Below, one piece after another: positions 8,066 through 17,150 of a stretch of DNA of 39,086 bases. Origin of the DNA: an uncultured Gammaproteobacteria bacterium (GTDB lineage: Bacteria; Patescibacteriota; Patescibacteriia; UBA9934; GWF2-40-263); the NCBI GenBank assembly GCA_964573855.1, contig CAZNKO010000003.1, positions 1 to 39,086 of the forward strand, given 5' to 3'. Under the pieces are notes generated by a model. That model ran no database searches. It worked only from the letters and a program-made list of their open reading frames with translations, and was not told the origin of the DNA. How positions within the stretch are numbered: the first letter of the stretch is position 1; each line of letters begins with the position of its first letter. A program made the position numbers and the translations under genes.

Positions 8066-9874
8066 ATGGATGAAAAATTGCATGCCATGCGGCATTCGGC
8101 CGCCCACGTTCTCGCCGCGGCCGTCACCGAATTGTACCCGGACGTGAAGCTCGGGGTGGGTCCGGTCGTGGAGGACGGATTTTTTTACGACATGCTCTTG
8201 AAGCAGCCGCTGACGGAAGAGGATTTGGGGAAAATCGAAAAGAAGATGGCCGAGATTGTGAAGCGCGGCGATGATTTCACGCGGGAGGAGATGCCCATTG
8301 ACGAGGCCATTAAGTTTTTCAAAAAGCTCAAACAAGATTTCAAAGTCGAGTTGCTCACGGCCCTGAAAGAAAAGGGGACCACGTACATCCGGCCGGAAGA
8401 AGCCGGGGATGTTGGAGGATCAGCGGACAAAGCGTCCGTCTATTACACCGGGAAATTTGTGGACCTCTGCCGCGGCCCGCATGTAAAAAATTCCAAAGAA
8501 ATCGGCGCCTTCAAGCTCACGAAAATCGCGGGCGCGTATTGGCGCGGGGATGAAAAAAATCCCCAGCTCCAGCGCGTGTACGGACTTTGTTTCAAGACAG
8601 AGAAAGAACTCGACGCCCATCTCAAAATGCTCGAGGAGGCCAAGAAACGCGACCACCGAAAACTTGGGAAAGAGCTCAAACTTTTCACGTTCAGCGACCT
8701 CGTGGGCCCTGGACTGCCCTTGTGGCTACCGAACGGCGCGGTCATTGCGGATCAGCTGGAAAATCTTGCCAAAGACAGGGAAACAAAAGCGGGTTATCAG
8801 CGCGTCCGAACTCCGCACGTCGCCAAGGAGATCCTCTTTAAGACGTCCGGTCACATTCCGTACTATGCGGCCAGCATGTTTCCTCCAATGATGATGGATG
8901 AAGGGGGTGGACAGAAGGAGACGTACTATCTGAAGGCGATGAACTGCCCGCACCATCACCAGATTTATGCGGCCGAACCTCGCAGCTATCGCAATCTCCC
9001 GCTGCGTCTCGCCGAATACGGAACCGTCTATCGCTATGAAAAAAGCGGGGAGCTGTTCGGTCTCATGCGTGTTCGGATGTTGTCCATGAATGATGCGCAC
9101 ATTTACTGCACACCGGAACAGTTTGCCGAGGAATTCAAGGCCGTGAACGACATGTATCTCAATTATTTCAAATTGTTCGGATTCACGAAGTACGTGATGC
9201 GTTTTTCCACGCATGATCCGAGAGAATTAGGCAAGAAATATATTGATAATGCAGAGCTCTGGAAGAAAACGGAGGAGATGGCTCGGCAAGCCTTGATTGA
9301 GAGCGGAATCAATTACGTGGAGGTTCCGAACGAGGCCGCGTTTTATGGGCCCAAGATTGACGTGCAGGTCTGGAGTTCCATTGGCCATGAGTTTACGATC
9401 GCGACTAATCAGGTGGATTTTGCCGTGCCAGGACGGTTCGGTTTGGTCTACACGGATAAGGACGGGACGGAAAAAACGCCGCTCGTTATTCACCGTGCGC
9501 CGCTCGGCACCCACGAACGTTTTATTGGTTTCCTGATTGAGCACTATAACGGGGCGTTCCCGATGTGGCTCGCACCGGTCCAGATCCGGCTCGCGACCGT
9601 CAGCGCGGATTACGTGTCGTTTGCAAAAAAATTATTGGCCGAGCTTGTCGAGGCCGGTGTACGTGTGGAACTCGACGATTCGGACGAAAAACTCGGCAAG
9701 AAAATTCGCAATGCCGCCATGATGAAAATCCCATGGTCGGTCGTCATTGGCGAAAAAGAAGCCAAGGGCGGCGACTTTGTCGTGAACGTCTTTGGACAGG
9801 AAGAGGATTTGAATATCAAAGCCAAAGAACTTACTGCGCAGGCGAGAGAGGCGGCCCGCATCCCTCTTGCGTAA
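8066..9874 (+). CDS. thrS: threonine--tRNA ligase (short N-terminus, starts at the HxxxH second-additional-domain)
   Basis: MRHSAAHVLA, class II core (YLKAMNCPHHHQIY, RVRMLSMNDAHIYC, HRAPLGTHERFIGFLIEHY), and a C-terminal anticodon-binding domain. Confidence 0.95.
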   Translation: MDEKLHAMRHSAAHVLAAAVTELYPDVKLGVGPVVEDGFFYDMLLKQPLTEEDLGKIEKKMAEIVKRGDDFTREEMPIDEAIKFFKKLKQDFKVELLTALKEKGTTYIRPEEAGDVGGSADKASVYYTGKFVDLCRGPHVKNSKEIGAFKLTKIAGAYWRGDEKNPQLQRVYGLCFKTEKELDAHLKMLEEAKKRDHRKLGKELKLFTFSDLVGPGLPLWLPNGAVIADQLENLAKDRETKAGYQRVRTPHVAKEILFKTSGHIPYYAASMFPPMMMDEGGGQKETYYLKAMNCPHHHQIYAAEPRSYRNLPLRLAEYGTVYRYEKSGELFGLMRVRMLSMNDAHIYCTPEQFAEEFKAVNDMYLNYFKLFGFTKYVMRFSTHDPRELGKKYIDNAELWKKTEEMARQALIESGINYVEVPNEAAFYGPKIDVQVWSSIGHEFTIATNQVDFAVPGRFGLVYTDKDGTEKTPLVIHRAPLGTHERFIGFLIEHYNGAFPMWLAPVQIRLATVSADYVSFAKKLLAELVEAGVRVELDDSDEKLGKKIRNAAMMKIPWSVVIGEKEAKGGDFVVNVFGQEEDLNIKAKELTAQAREAARIPLA

Positions 9875-9883
9875 CATCAACTT

Positions 9884-9910
9884 AAAACACCCCGCGTTGC
9901 GGGGTGTTTT
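9884..9910. terminator. bidirectional intrinsic terminator between convergent thrS and ORF 9913-10269
   Basis: AAAACACCCCGC-GTT-GCGGGGTGTTTT is a perfect GC-rich stem flanked by A and T runs. Confidence 0.7.
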
Positions 9911-9912
9911 GA

Positions 9913-10269
9913 TTACATGGCGCTCTTGATGGCCGTGGCTTGGGCCTTGTCGAGCTCTTTCGCCGTATCGGCCTGGAGCTTCGCTGCCTGTTGGTTCAGG
10001 CCAGCCATGGTCTTGTCGTAACCCTTTGTCGCATCCGCAATTTCCTCCAGCATTTTTTTCTGTTGTTTTTTGTATTCCGCGCTCTTTTCATCTTGTTCCA
10101 CGCCCATCTTGGCAAATTGAGCGTCAATTTCTTTTTGGAACACGCCGCGGATCTGATCCGCCGTCTCTTCCGTGAGCCCGTTCTTTTCGAGATTCGAGAC
10201 GAGGTGCTGTTTCGTCGTGGGCTCGAGCGAGGAATCCTGGATCATTTTGATGAGGTCTGCTTGCGTCAT
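9913..10269 (-). CDS. hypothetical coiled-coil protein
   Basis: 118-aa ORF, Lys/Glu/Gln/Ala-rich with heptad-like composition. No recognisable family. Confidence 0.6.
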   Translation of the reverse strand: MTQADLIKMIQDSSLEPTTKQHLVSNLEKNGLTEETADQIRGVFQKEIDAQFAKMGVEQDEKSAEYKKQQKKMLEEIADATKGYDKTMAGLNQQAAKLQADTAKELDKAQATAIKSAM

Positions 10270-10284
10270 AAGCGATGTAATAAA

Positions 10285-11502
10285 TTAAGCCGCTTGAGTC
10301 GTTCTGGCTCCCTTCTCGAGTTTTTTTACTTCTGTCATAAGATCGATGAGATCGCTCCTTGACCAGTTGGGATACCGTTCACGTCGAGTCTTCGAGCTCC
10401 CTTTTTCGAGAATGAAATCATGCAATTCCTCTTTCGCGTTGCGGAACGCTTCCGTGCGTCCCGCTTTGAGCATGGACTTAAAGAAATCCAGGGCCTTTGC
10501 TTTTGAGAGCTCCTGTTTCGCTTCAACGATCCGCGTGACATCTTCTGGACCCGCTTCAAATTCTTCCGCTGTCACCAGTTCTTCTTCAGGCTGCTCCATG
10601 CGCGCCTTCAGCATGGATTCAATCGCTTTCAGCGCCTCTCCTTGCTTGGCGATCGTTTTCTTCAGTTCGGCAATCTCCGCATCCCGCTTGCCGAGTTCTG
10701 ATGCCATGGCCAGGCGCTCCTTATTGCGCCAGGCGTTGAAGCTGTCCACGGCTTTGTTCACACGTCCAGACAGAGCCGCGTAAGCTTCGCGACCCTTTCC
10801 GAGAATGGCCTCTTTCGCTTTCGTATAATCCGCGACCGTCTCTTGTGCATCACGGACAAAAAATTCTACGGCTTTCGTTTTTTTCTCTCCAAGGTCCTTC
10901 TTTGTTTCCTGCCAATCCTTCTTTGCGCTTTCGGCGATCTTCATCCCTGCCGCCGCCGCGCGTTCCTTGGTCTTCGCCCAGTCTTTCTTCATGTACTCGG
11001 CTCCGGCCTTTCCGCCGGCCACGAGCGCATCTTGCACAATATCTGCTCCCTTTCCGCCGACCGTATATTCAAGAAAAATAGCCGTCCCTTCGAGCGCCTT
11101 CGTTCCTGCCCATCCTGTCGCGGTCAGGAATTTGTCATTCCACTCGTAGGCCTTGTTGGCGCCAAATTTTGCGTGCTCCCATGTCTTTGCGGCATCCTTT
11201 GCCGCGAACGCCGCCCCCTTCTTTCCGCCAACCTCGGCTCCGCCAAGAAGCTTAAAGGCACCCTTCATCAGGTTTTCTCCAAGCCAACGCCCTCCTTTTG
11301 AAACTCCGTCCTTCAAGCTTTCCCCCCCGCGGCGGGCATGGTCTTTGGTCTCCGTCCAGTCTCCCTCCAGATACTCGGCCCCGGCCTTGACTTTTTCTTT
11401 AACAAACCGGCCTCCCTCACGCACCCCCTCGGCCATTTTGCGGGCCCGTGCCCGCCCGACTTCCTCCATCGTTGACTGCCTTTCGGCTCGTTCTGCGGAC
11501 AT
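10285..11502 (-). CDS. hypothetical Lys/Ala/Gly-rich repeat protein with C-terminal coiled coil
   Basis: Internal repeats of the type KAGAEY(L/M)..DW..TK. I prefer ATG 11502 (MSAERAERQ...) because the track's 11676 start would run through the divergent promoter. Confidence 0.6.
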   Translation of the reverse strand: MSAERAERQSTMEEVGRARARKMAEGVREGGRFVKEKVKAGAEYLEGDWTETKDHARRGGESLKDGVSKGGRWLGENLMKGAFKLLGGAEVGGKKGAAFAAKDAAKTWEHAKFGANKAYEWNDKFLTATGWAGTKALEGTAIFLEYTVGGKGADIVQDALVAGGKAGAEYMKKDWAKTKERAAAAGMKIAESAKKDWQETKKDLGEKKTKAVEFFVRDAQETVADYTKAKEAILGKGREAYAALSGRVNKAVDSFNAWRNKERLAMASELGKRDAEIAELKKTIAKQGEALKAIESMLKARMEQPEEELVTAEEFEAGPEDVTRIVEAKQELSKAKALDFFKSMLKAGRTEAFRNAKEELHDFILEKGSSKTRRERYPNWSRSDLIDLMTEVKKLEKGARTTQAA

Positions 11503-11559
11503 AGAAGAGATAATTTTTAGGGTATTGATTAGTTCCCAGTTTAGCAGAAAAACCGGCTC

Positions 11560-11588
11560 TTGACAAGATCCCCAAAATTGTCTAGGGT
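11560..11588 (+). promoter_or_regulatory. sigma70-like promoter TTGACA-N17-TAGGGT
   Basis: Same architecture as at 6261. It is followed by the hairpin GTCGCCC-TCG-GGCGAC, GAAAGGAGG, and ATG 11624. Confidence 0.4.
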
Positions 11589-11623
11589 CTAAGGTCGCCC
11601 TCGGGCGACAGAAAGGAGGCCCC

Positions 11624-12085
11624 ATGGGGCTGTGTCTGATCGAATCAGCGGGCCTCACGGAGCCCACCCAAGCCACATCGCACGATTCGGACGCTTTTGC
11701 AGCGTTCCTAGAGCATTTGACCTGGAGGGCGGATCATCCGTCTCCCGCGTCGTGCGTGTTTTTACCAGAGGAGAGAGAGGTTCTGGAGCTTGCCATGCGC
11801 TGCTCTAGGACCTGGACGCCGGAGCGTTTAGAAGCGGCCGGGAAACTCCTGGCCACATTGAACCCCGAAACGGTGTCCGAGGGCATCATGAGCGTCGCGA
11901 TCGCGAGCATGATCGACCGCTCGCGCCACGTGCAGCTCCCGCCGCACATGCCGCTCCGAAGGCTCGAACGGGATCTTGAGCGGTATGCCGCTCGCGTTGG
12001 GGAAGATCTCTTCCCCCCACGCCTCGAGTTCCTCCGGCTCGCCTTCCTCATCTTGTTTCTCTCCTCTACCTCGTCCACCTCGTGA
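11624..12085 (+). CDS. hypothetical protein
   Basis: Strong SD (AAAGGAGG) 4 nt upstream, a promoter-like box upstream, and an intrinsic terminator right after the stop. Confidence 0.55.
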   Translation: MGLCLIESAGLTEPTQATSHDSDAFAAFLEHLTWRADHPSPASCVFLPEEREVLELAMRCSRTWTPERLEAAGKLLATLNPETVSEGIMSVAIASMIDRSRHVQLPPHMPLRRLERDLERYAARVGEDLFPPRLEFLRLAFLILFLSSTSSTS

Positions 12086-12119
12086 CCGGACTCTTTGCAG
12101 AGTGCCGGTCTTTTCTTTT
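12084..12119 (+). terminator. intrinsic terminator
   Basis: GACCGGACTCT-TTGC-AGAGTGCCGGTC followed by TTTTCTTTT. Confidence 0.6.
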
Positions 12120-12126
12120 GGAGACC

Positions 12127-12153
12127 GCTGAAATTCCTCTGGAGTTTTTCAGC
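12127..12153. repeat. short hairpin, 'empty' relative of the 16272-16397 element
   Basis: GCTGAAATTCCTCTGGAGTTTTTCAGC. It shares TGAAATTCCTC and TCTGGAGTTTTTCA with the arms of the element at 16272-16397. Confidence 0.6.
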
Positions 12154-12170
12154 AGTCTCTGTTAGTCTCG

Positions 12171-13568
12171 ATGAGAATTATGGCTACCCCGAAGTATCAT
12201 CTTGTCACCTACGGCTGCCAGATGAACAAGAGCGATTCGGAGCGGATCGCCGCGCTTCTTTCTGGCGTTGGGTTTGAGCCGACCACGCAGGAGGGGGAAG
12301 CCGATTTGATTTTGGTGAACACATGTTCCGTGCGCCAAACGGCCGAGGATCGCGTGTATGGGCAGGTGCGCGGATGGAATGTGCTCAAGGAACGCCGGCC
12401 GAATTTGATCATTGGGGTTACGGGCTGTATGCCTGGGCGCGATCGTGATGGGACGCTTCGGAAAAAATTGCCAATTGTAGACCTGTATTTTCCAATCGCG
12501 GACCTGCCCCAGCTTCCGCGTTGGATCGGGGAACTGCGTCCCGAGCTCGTAAACAGCGCGGACCTTGCGGAGGATTATTTGAAGATCGTGCCCGAGCGCA
12601 AAACCGCGCGTCAGGCGTTTGTGACGATTCAAACCGGCTGTAATAAATTCTGCACGTATTGTGTGGTGCCATTTGCTCGCGGGCTCGAAAAGAACCGGCC
12701 GGTCAGGGATATTCTGGATGAAGTGCGCGGCCTCGCGGATCGTGGGTGTGTTGAGGTAACACTCCTCGGCCAGACCGTAAATAGTTACCGCGCGCCAGAC
12801 CCCGAACATTTCTCGGAACAAAACCCGTTCAAAGATCATTTTGCGGCGCTACTTTGGGAGGTCAACCAGGTTTCAGGCATTTCGCGCCTGCATTTTACGG
12901 CCCCGCATCCGCTTCATATGACGGATGAAGTCATCGAAGCGATGAAACTTCCGGCGCACGTGAATTTCATCCATCTGCCCGTGCAGTGCGGGGACAACGA
13001 TATGCTCCGGCGCATGAACCGCCGGCACACCCGCGAACAGTATCTTGATGTCGTGCGCCGAATTCGGGAGAAAATTCCTGCGCTCGCGATCGGGACGGAC
13101 ATCATTGTCGGATTTTCCGGCGAATCCGCGGAGCAATTCGACCGGACCGTGAGCCTCTATAAAGAAGTTGGGTTTGATATTTCGTACACCGCTCAATATT
13201 CCCAGCGCTCCGGCACGGCTGCGTGGCGGGCGTTCAAGGACGATGTGCCGCGCGAGGAAAAGAAGCGGCGCTGGCGGGTGTTGCAGGAACTTATGGAAAA
13301 AATCGTGTACGAAAAGAACCAGGCGTATGCCGGGAAGACCGTGAGTGTCTTGGTGGAGCGTCATGAACCGCCAAAGCTCACGGACGAAATGCTTGTGATG
13401 CCCGGGAACATCCAGAAGATCCTGGCCGCTCAGCCTGGGACGTGTTTTGGCAATTCGCGGGAGCTCAAGCTCGTGAACTTCCCCGGCGCGAAAAGTTTGG
13501 TGGGGCAGATCGTGAACGTCCGCATCAAAAAAGCAGAGCGGTGGATCTTGGAAGGCGAGAGAGTATGA
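12171..13568 (+). CDS. miaB: tRNA-i6A37 methylthiotransferase
   Basis: N-terminal UPF0004 domain (YGCQMNKSDSE), radical-SAM CNKFCTYC, and a C-terminal TRAM domain. Confidence 0.9.
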   Translation: MRIMATPKYHLVTYGCQMNKSDSERIAALLSGVGFEPTTQEGEADLILVNTCSVRQTAEDRVYGQVRGWNVLKERRPNLIIGVTGCMPGRDRDGTLRKKLPIVDLYFPIADLPQLPRWIGELRPELVNSADLAEDYLKIVPERKTARQAFVTIQTGCNKFCTYCVVPFARGLEKNRPVRDILDEVRGLADRGCVEVTLLGQTVNSYRAPDPEHFSEQNPFKDHFAALLWEVNQVSGISRLHFTAPHPLHMTDEVIEAMKLPAHVNFIHLPVQCGDNDMLRRMNRRHTREQYLDVVRRIREKIPALAIGTDIIVGFSGESAEQFDRTVSLYKEVGFDISYTAQYSQRSGTAAWRAFKDDVPREEKKRRWRVLQELMEKIVYEKNQAYAGKTVSVLVERHEPPKLTDEMLVMPGNIQKILAAQPGTCFGNSRELKLVNFPGAKSLVGQIVNVRIKKAERWILEGERV

Positions 13569-14494
13569 ATCGCCCGAAAATCGTTGCGGTCGTGGGGCCC
13601 ACGGCGTCTGGCAAGACCGCGCTGGGCGTTGAACTTGCACGGCGTTTTAATGGAGAAGTCATTTCTGTTGACTCACGACAGGTATATCGAGGGATGAATA
13701 TTGGAACAGCAAAACCGGTCGCTGCGCACCTGCGACCCTTGTCCGCCTGCGAACCTTTGGACGTAGAAGGCGTATCGCATTGGGGCATTGATCTCGTGGA
13801 TCCGGATCAGGAGTATTCGGTCGCGGAATTTAAAAGTTATGCGGAAGAAAAGATCGCGGACATCTTGCGTCGGAAGAAGCTCCCGATCTTGGTCGGCGGA
13901 ACCGGGCTTTGGGTAAGCGCGGTCGTGGATAATTTAGAGATTCCGGAGGTCCCGCCAAACCCAGCGCTTCGAGCAGAACTTGAAAAGAAATCGCTCGAGG
14001 ACCTCGTCCGTGAGTACGAGAAAGTTGATCCTCGGGGCGCGGAGATTATTGATCGGGATAATCCGCGGCGTTTGATTCGCGCCCTGGAAGTTACAAAATC
14101 GGCCGGCACGCCGTTTTCAGAACTCCAGCGGAAAGGGGAGCCGAAATATGAAGCGCTCCAGATCGGTCTTGACGTTCCGCGCGCTGAACTGAACCGTCGG
14201 ATTGAAGCGCGCGTGGACGCCATGATCGAACGGGGGCTTGTGGACGAGGTCCGGCACCTCAAAGAGAAATACGGCGGCAGCGTTCCGTCGATGAGCGGCA
14301 TTGGCTACCGCCAGCTCTGTCAGTTTTTAGATGGAGCGATGAGCCTCCCGGACGCGGTCGAGGAAACAAAAAAAGCCACGCGGCAGTACGCGAAGCGGCA
14401 GGGGACCTGGTTCAAACGTGATTCAAGAATTCGCTGGGTCGCGACGAATGACGCCGCGCTCCCGATCGTTGCGCGTTTTATTACTGAACGATAA
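13565..14494 (+). CDS. miaA: tRNA dimethylallyltransferase
   Basis: MNRPKIVAVVGPTASGKT P-loop, DSRQVYRGMNIGTAKP. There is an ATGA start/stop overlap with miaB. Confidence 0.9.
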   Translation: MNRPKIVAVVGPTASGKTALGVELARRFNGEVISVDSRQVYRGMNIGTAKPVAAHLRPLSACEPLDVEGVSHWGIDLVDPDQEYSVAEFKSYAEEKIADILRRKKLPILVGGTGLWVSAVVDNLEIPEVPPNPALRAELEKKSLEDLVREYEKVDPRGAEIIDRDNPRRLIRALEVTKSAGTPFSELQRKGEPKYEALQIGLDVPRAELNRRIEARVDAMIERGLVDEVRHLKEKYGGSVPSMSGIGYRQLCQFLDGAMSLPDAVEETKKATRQYAKRQGTWFKRDSRIRWVATNDAALPIVARFITER

Positions 14495-14699
14495 TCTTGT
14501 TATTTCAGAGGAGTATCTCGGAGCCCCGCCAGCTTGCCCCGTTAGAGGCGATGCCTCTAACGGGGCTTGATTCCCGCACCTTTCACCCTTCGACAAGCTC
14601 AGGGGATAAAGGTGCGGGATGGCGGGGCGAGAGGTAAGGCGCGGCCGGCCGCCGGAGCCGGACGACGCCGTCTCCGATGAAATAACATGATTATCGTTC
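14486..14699. repeat. 22-bp inverted repeat enclosing a ~170-nt GC-rich multi-hairpin core
   Basis: GAACGATAATCTTGTTATTTCA (14486-14507) pairs with TGAAATAACATGATTATCGTTC (14678-14699), 21/22 complementary. The core holds CCCCGTTAGAGGC-GAT-GCCTCTAACGGGG (13-bp stem), CCCGCACCTTT...AAAGGTGCGGG, CCCCGCC...GGCGGGG, and the GCGGCCGGCCGC palindrome. Confidence 0.75.
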
Positions 14700-16268
14700 T
14701 AATTTTACGAGCAAAATGTTTCGCGTCTCGGCGGCGTCGGCGTTGCCGCTCGTTTCTTTCATGACCATGCCGATGAAAAATTGCAGCAATTCTTTTTTGC
14801 CAGCTTTGTAGCGCTCCACTTCTTTCGGATTGCCCGCGATCACGCGGTCCACGACTTCGGCAAGCGCTCCGGCATCTGCCATCTTCCCAAGCCGCTTCTC
14901 TTCCATCACCTGTGAGGGATCAATACCGGTGTCGAGCATGGCGTTCAAGACGAGAAGACCATTCGCGGATGAAAGTTTTCCGGTGGTAATCAGAGTGAGA
15001 AATTCCGCAAAATTTTCCGGCGTGATTTTTCCGGCAAAGCCGGATCCCTGCCCGACCGGCAGGCGGGCGGCTCCGCCGGACATCAACCGCCAATCGAGCC
15101 CACGTTCGATCAAAAGTCCTGCAAGTTTATTCAAAAGCCAGCTCGAAACCAGTTTTGCGAGCCTTTTCTTTTCTGTTTCCCATTGTTTTTCTTGCGCACC
15201 GTCGAGTTCCGGCAGGGAATTGAGCCACGCAAACAGTTCGGAGAAGGTTTTTTCCGCAAAATCAGCGAGCGCCGGATCCTCGCAGAGCTGACGCGCATCT
15301 TCCGGCTTCAGGAAATATTCCTCGGCCATGCGCGCGCGGCGGGCGGCCGGAAGTTCGGAGAGTTTTCCGCGCAGTTCATCCGCAAGATCGCGGAGCTCGA
15401 GGGTCGGAACGTCCGGCTCGGGAAAGTAGCGGTAATCCGCAGCCTCTTCTTTTGAGCGCTGGTCCTCGGTGACCTGCTTCGCGTCATTCCATCCGCGCGT
15501 CGTGGACTCCGCAGGCGGAGATCCGGCCTCCCACAGTTTTGTCTGTCGCCGGATTTCGTACTCGAGCGCCCGTTCAACGTGGCGGAAGGAGTTCAGGTTT
15601 TTCACCTCGGTCTTCGGGTGGAATTTCGTGCCGACGATCTGGCCGTCCTTGTCTCGCTCACGCAGCGAAATGTTCGCGTCGCAGCGAAGATGGCCTTTTT
15701 CCATGTCCGCGTCCGAGATGCCGAGGGTGCGGGCAATGAGTCGGAGCTCCTGCAAGAACGCTTTGGCCTCCTGCGGCGAGCGGAAATCCGGCTCGGTTAC
15801 GGTCTCGACAAGCGGCGTGCCGCAACGGTTGAAATCCACAAACGTCTTTCCGCTTGCATCATGGAACGACTTCGCCGCGTCTTCCTCTAGGTGCGCTCGC
15901 GTGATGCCGATCTTCGCTTCGGTCCGCACCTTCCCGCCGGGGATTTCCACATGGAGATGGCCATTGTGGGCAATCGGCAGATCGTATTGCGAAATTTGAT
16001 AGGCCTTGGGAAGATCGGGATAAAAATAATTCTTCCGGTCAAATTTGGAATGCGGGGTGATCTCGCAATTCAATGCGAGACCGAGCAAGATGCCAAAACG
16101 GATGGCCTGGGCATTCGGGACCGGCAGCGTCCCTGGCTGGCCAGTGCAGATCGGACAAATGTTCGTGTTCGGGGCACTCGACGTTTCGTAGGCACTGCAG
16201 CCGCAAAACATTTTCGACTTCGTTTTGAGCTGGATGTGGATCTCCAGCCCAATGACAGGTTCAAGCAT
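14691..16268 (-). CDS. gatB: Asp/Glu-tRNA amidotransferase subunit B
   Basis: MLEPVIGLEIHIQLKTKSKMFCGC, PVPN, and a C-terminal GatB/YqeY domain. Confidence 0.95.
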   Translation of the reverse strand: MLEPVIGLEIHIQLKTKSKMFCGCSAYETSSAPNTNICPICTGQPGTLPVPNAQAIRFGILLGLALNCEITPHSKFDRKNYFYPDLPKAYQISQYDLPIAHNGHLHVEIPGGKVRTEAKIGITRAHLEEDAAKSFHDASGKTFVDFNRCGTPLVETVTEPDFRSPQEAKAFLQELRLIARTLGISDADMEKGHLRCDANISLRERDKDGQIVGTKFHPKTEVKNLNSFRHVERALEYEIRRQTKLWEAGSPPAESTTRGWNDAKQVTEDQRSKEEAADYRYFPEPDVPTLELRDLADELRGKLSELPAARRARMAEEYFLKPEDARQLCEDPALADFAEKTFSELFAWLNSLPELDGAQEKQWETEKKRLAKLVSSWLLNKLAGLLIERGLDWRLMSGGAARLPVGQGSGFAGKITPENFAEFLTLITTGKLSSANGLLVLNAMLDTGIDPSQVMEEKRLGKMADAGALAEVVDRVIAGNPKEVERYKAGKKELLQFFIGMVMKETSGNADAAETRNILLVKLER

Positions 16269-16271
16269 ATT

Positions 16272-16397
16272 AAAAATCGTTGAAATTCCTCCATCTGCGT
16301 CGTTGCGGGGCCCCGCCGGCTCGTCGTCCTACGGATGAAGTAGGCCTCCGTCGCCAGCTTCCCCGCGCCTAGCATCTGGAGTTTTTCAACGATTTTT
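16272..16397. repeat. hairpin element: 14-bp AT-rich perfect arms with an ~83-nt GC-rich insert
   Basis: AAAAATCGTTGAAA (16272-16285) is perfectly complementary to TTTCAACGATTTTT (16384-16397). The GC-rich core is flanked by direct CATCTG/TCTG repeats. Confidence 0.7.
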
Positions 16398-16408
16398 ATT
16401 TAAACAAA

Positions 16409-17146
16409 TTATCGCGTCTTTTTCAACTCCTCGTAGAGAGAAAGCCCGTACACGAGAAAAACAGGCGAAATGATGAGCGTTTGAACGATTGTGTCAAGGA
16501 CATCAAGCCAGAGAAGCGACCTTTCAAGCGGATACACACCCGATCCGCTGCCAAGATCCGGCAGAGGCGTGTCGGTGAGCGCCCACCAGATGGCCGCGAG
16601 AATTCCCATCACAATCGCATAAGCAATTCCGACAAGGACAGGGCCGCCAACCAGACGCCAGAGCACGGGCCAGAAGCGTCCGCGCACGAGCGATCGGCTG
16701 TACGACAAGGCTTCAAGACCACGCTTTTGGTCGAGCAACACGGCGAACTCCGCAAAGGCGTACCAGACCATGAAGAGAATACCGGGGATAATAAGGAGAA
16801 GAAGCCCGCCGAGCGTCACGGCCGACTGGAGGATGGCGACAATGACGAATGGCCAGAGGAGCGGTCGGACCTGGGCGCGGATCTGCTCCAGGCTCAATTT
16901 TTGGTTTCCCTTAAGAAGAGCATGAATTGCTAGAATAGCAATACAGACGATCCAGATTGAGAGCACGGTCATTGCGATCACGAGGAGCAATTGCCCAGTC
17001 CCTTTCATGGTTTCGTTCGGAACAAACGCGAAAAGGACGTTTCCGGCAAAGGGGATGAGGAACCATGCAAATAAACCGGAGAGGAGAGCGGCGTGGGCGC
17101 GCCAGAGGCGCCAGGCCATCCCAAGGAGGGCGAAGATTCCAGGCAT
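16409..17146 (-). CDS. polytopic membrane protein (paralog of next gene)
   Basis: Multiple TM helices. It shares the motif SRSLVRGRFWPVLWRLV with SRTLVHGRFWAVFWRLV in the 17151-18023 protein. Confidence 0.7.
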   Translation of the reverse strand: MPGIFALLGMAWRLWRAHAALLSGLFAWFLIPFAGNVLFAFVPNETMKGTGQLLLVIAMTVLSIWIVCIAILAIHALLKGNQKLSLEQIRAQVRPLLWPFVIVAILQSAVTLGGLLLLIIPGILFMVWYAFAEFAVLLDQKRGLEALSYSRSLVRGRFWPVLWRLVGGPVLVGIAYAIVMGILAAIWWALTDTPLPDLGSGSGVYPLERSLLWLDVLDTIVQTLIISPVFLVYGLSLYEELKKTR

Positions 17147-17150
17147 AGAT

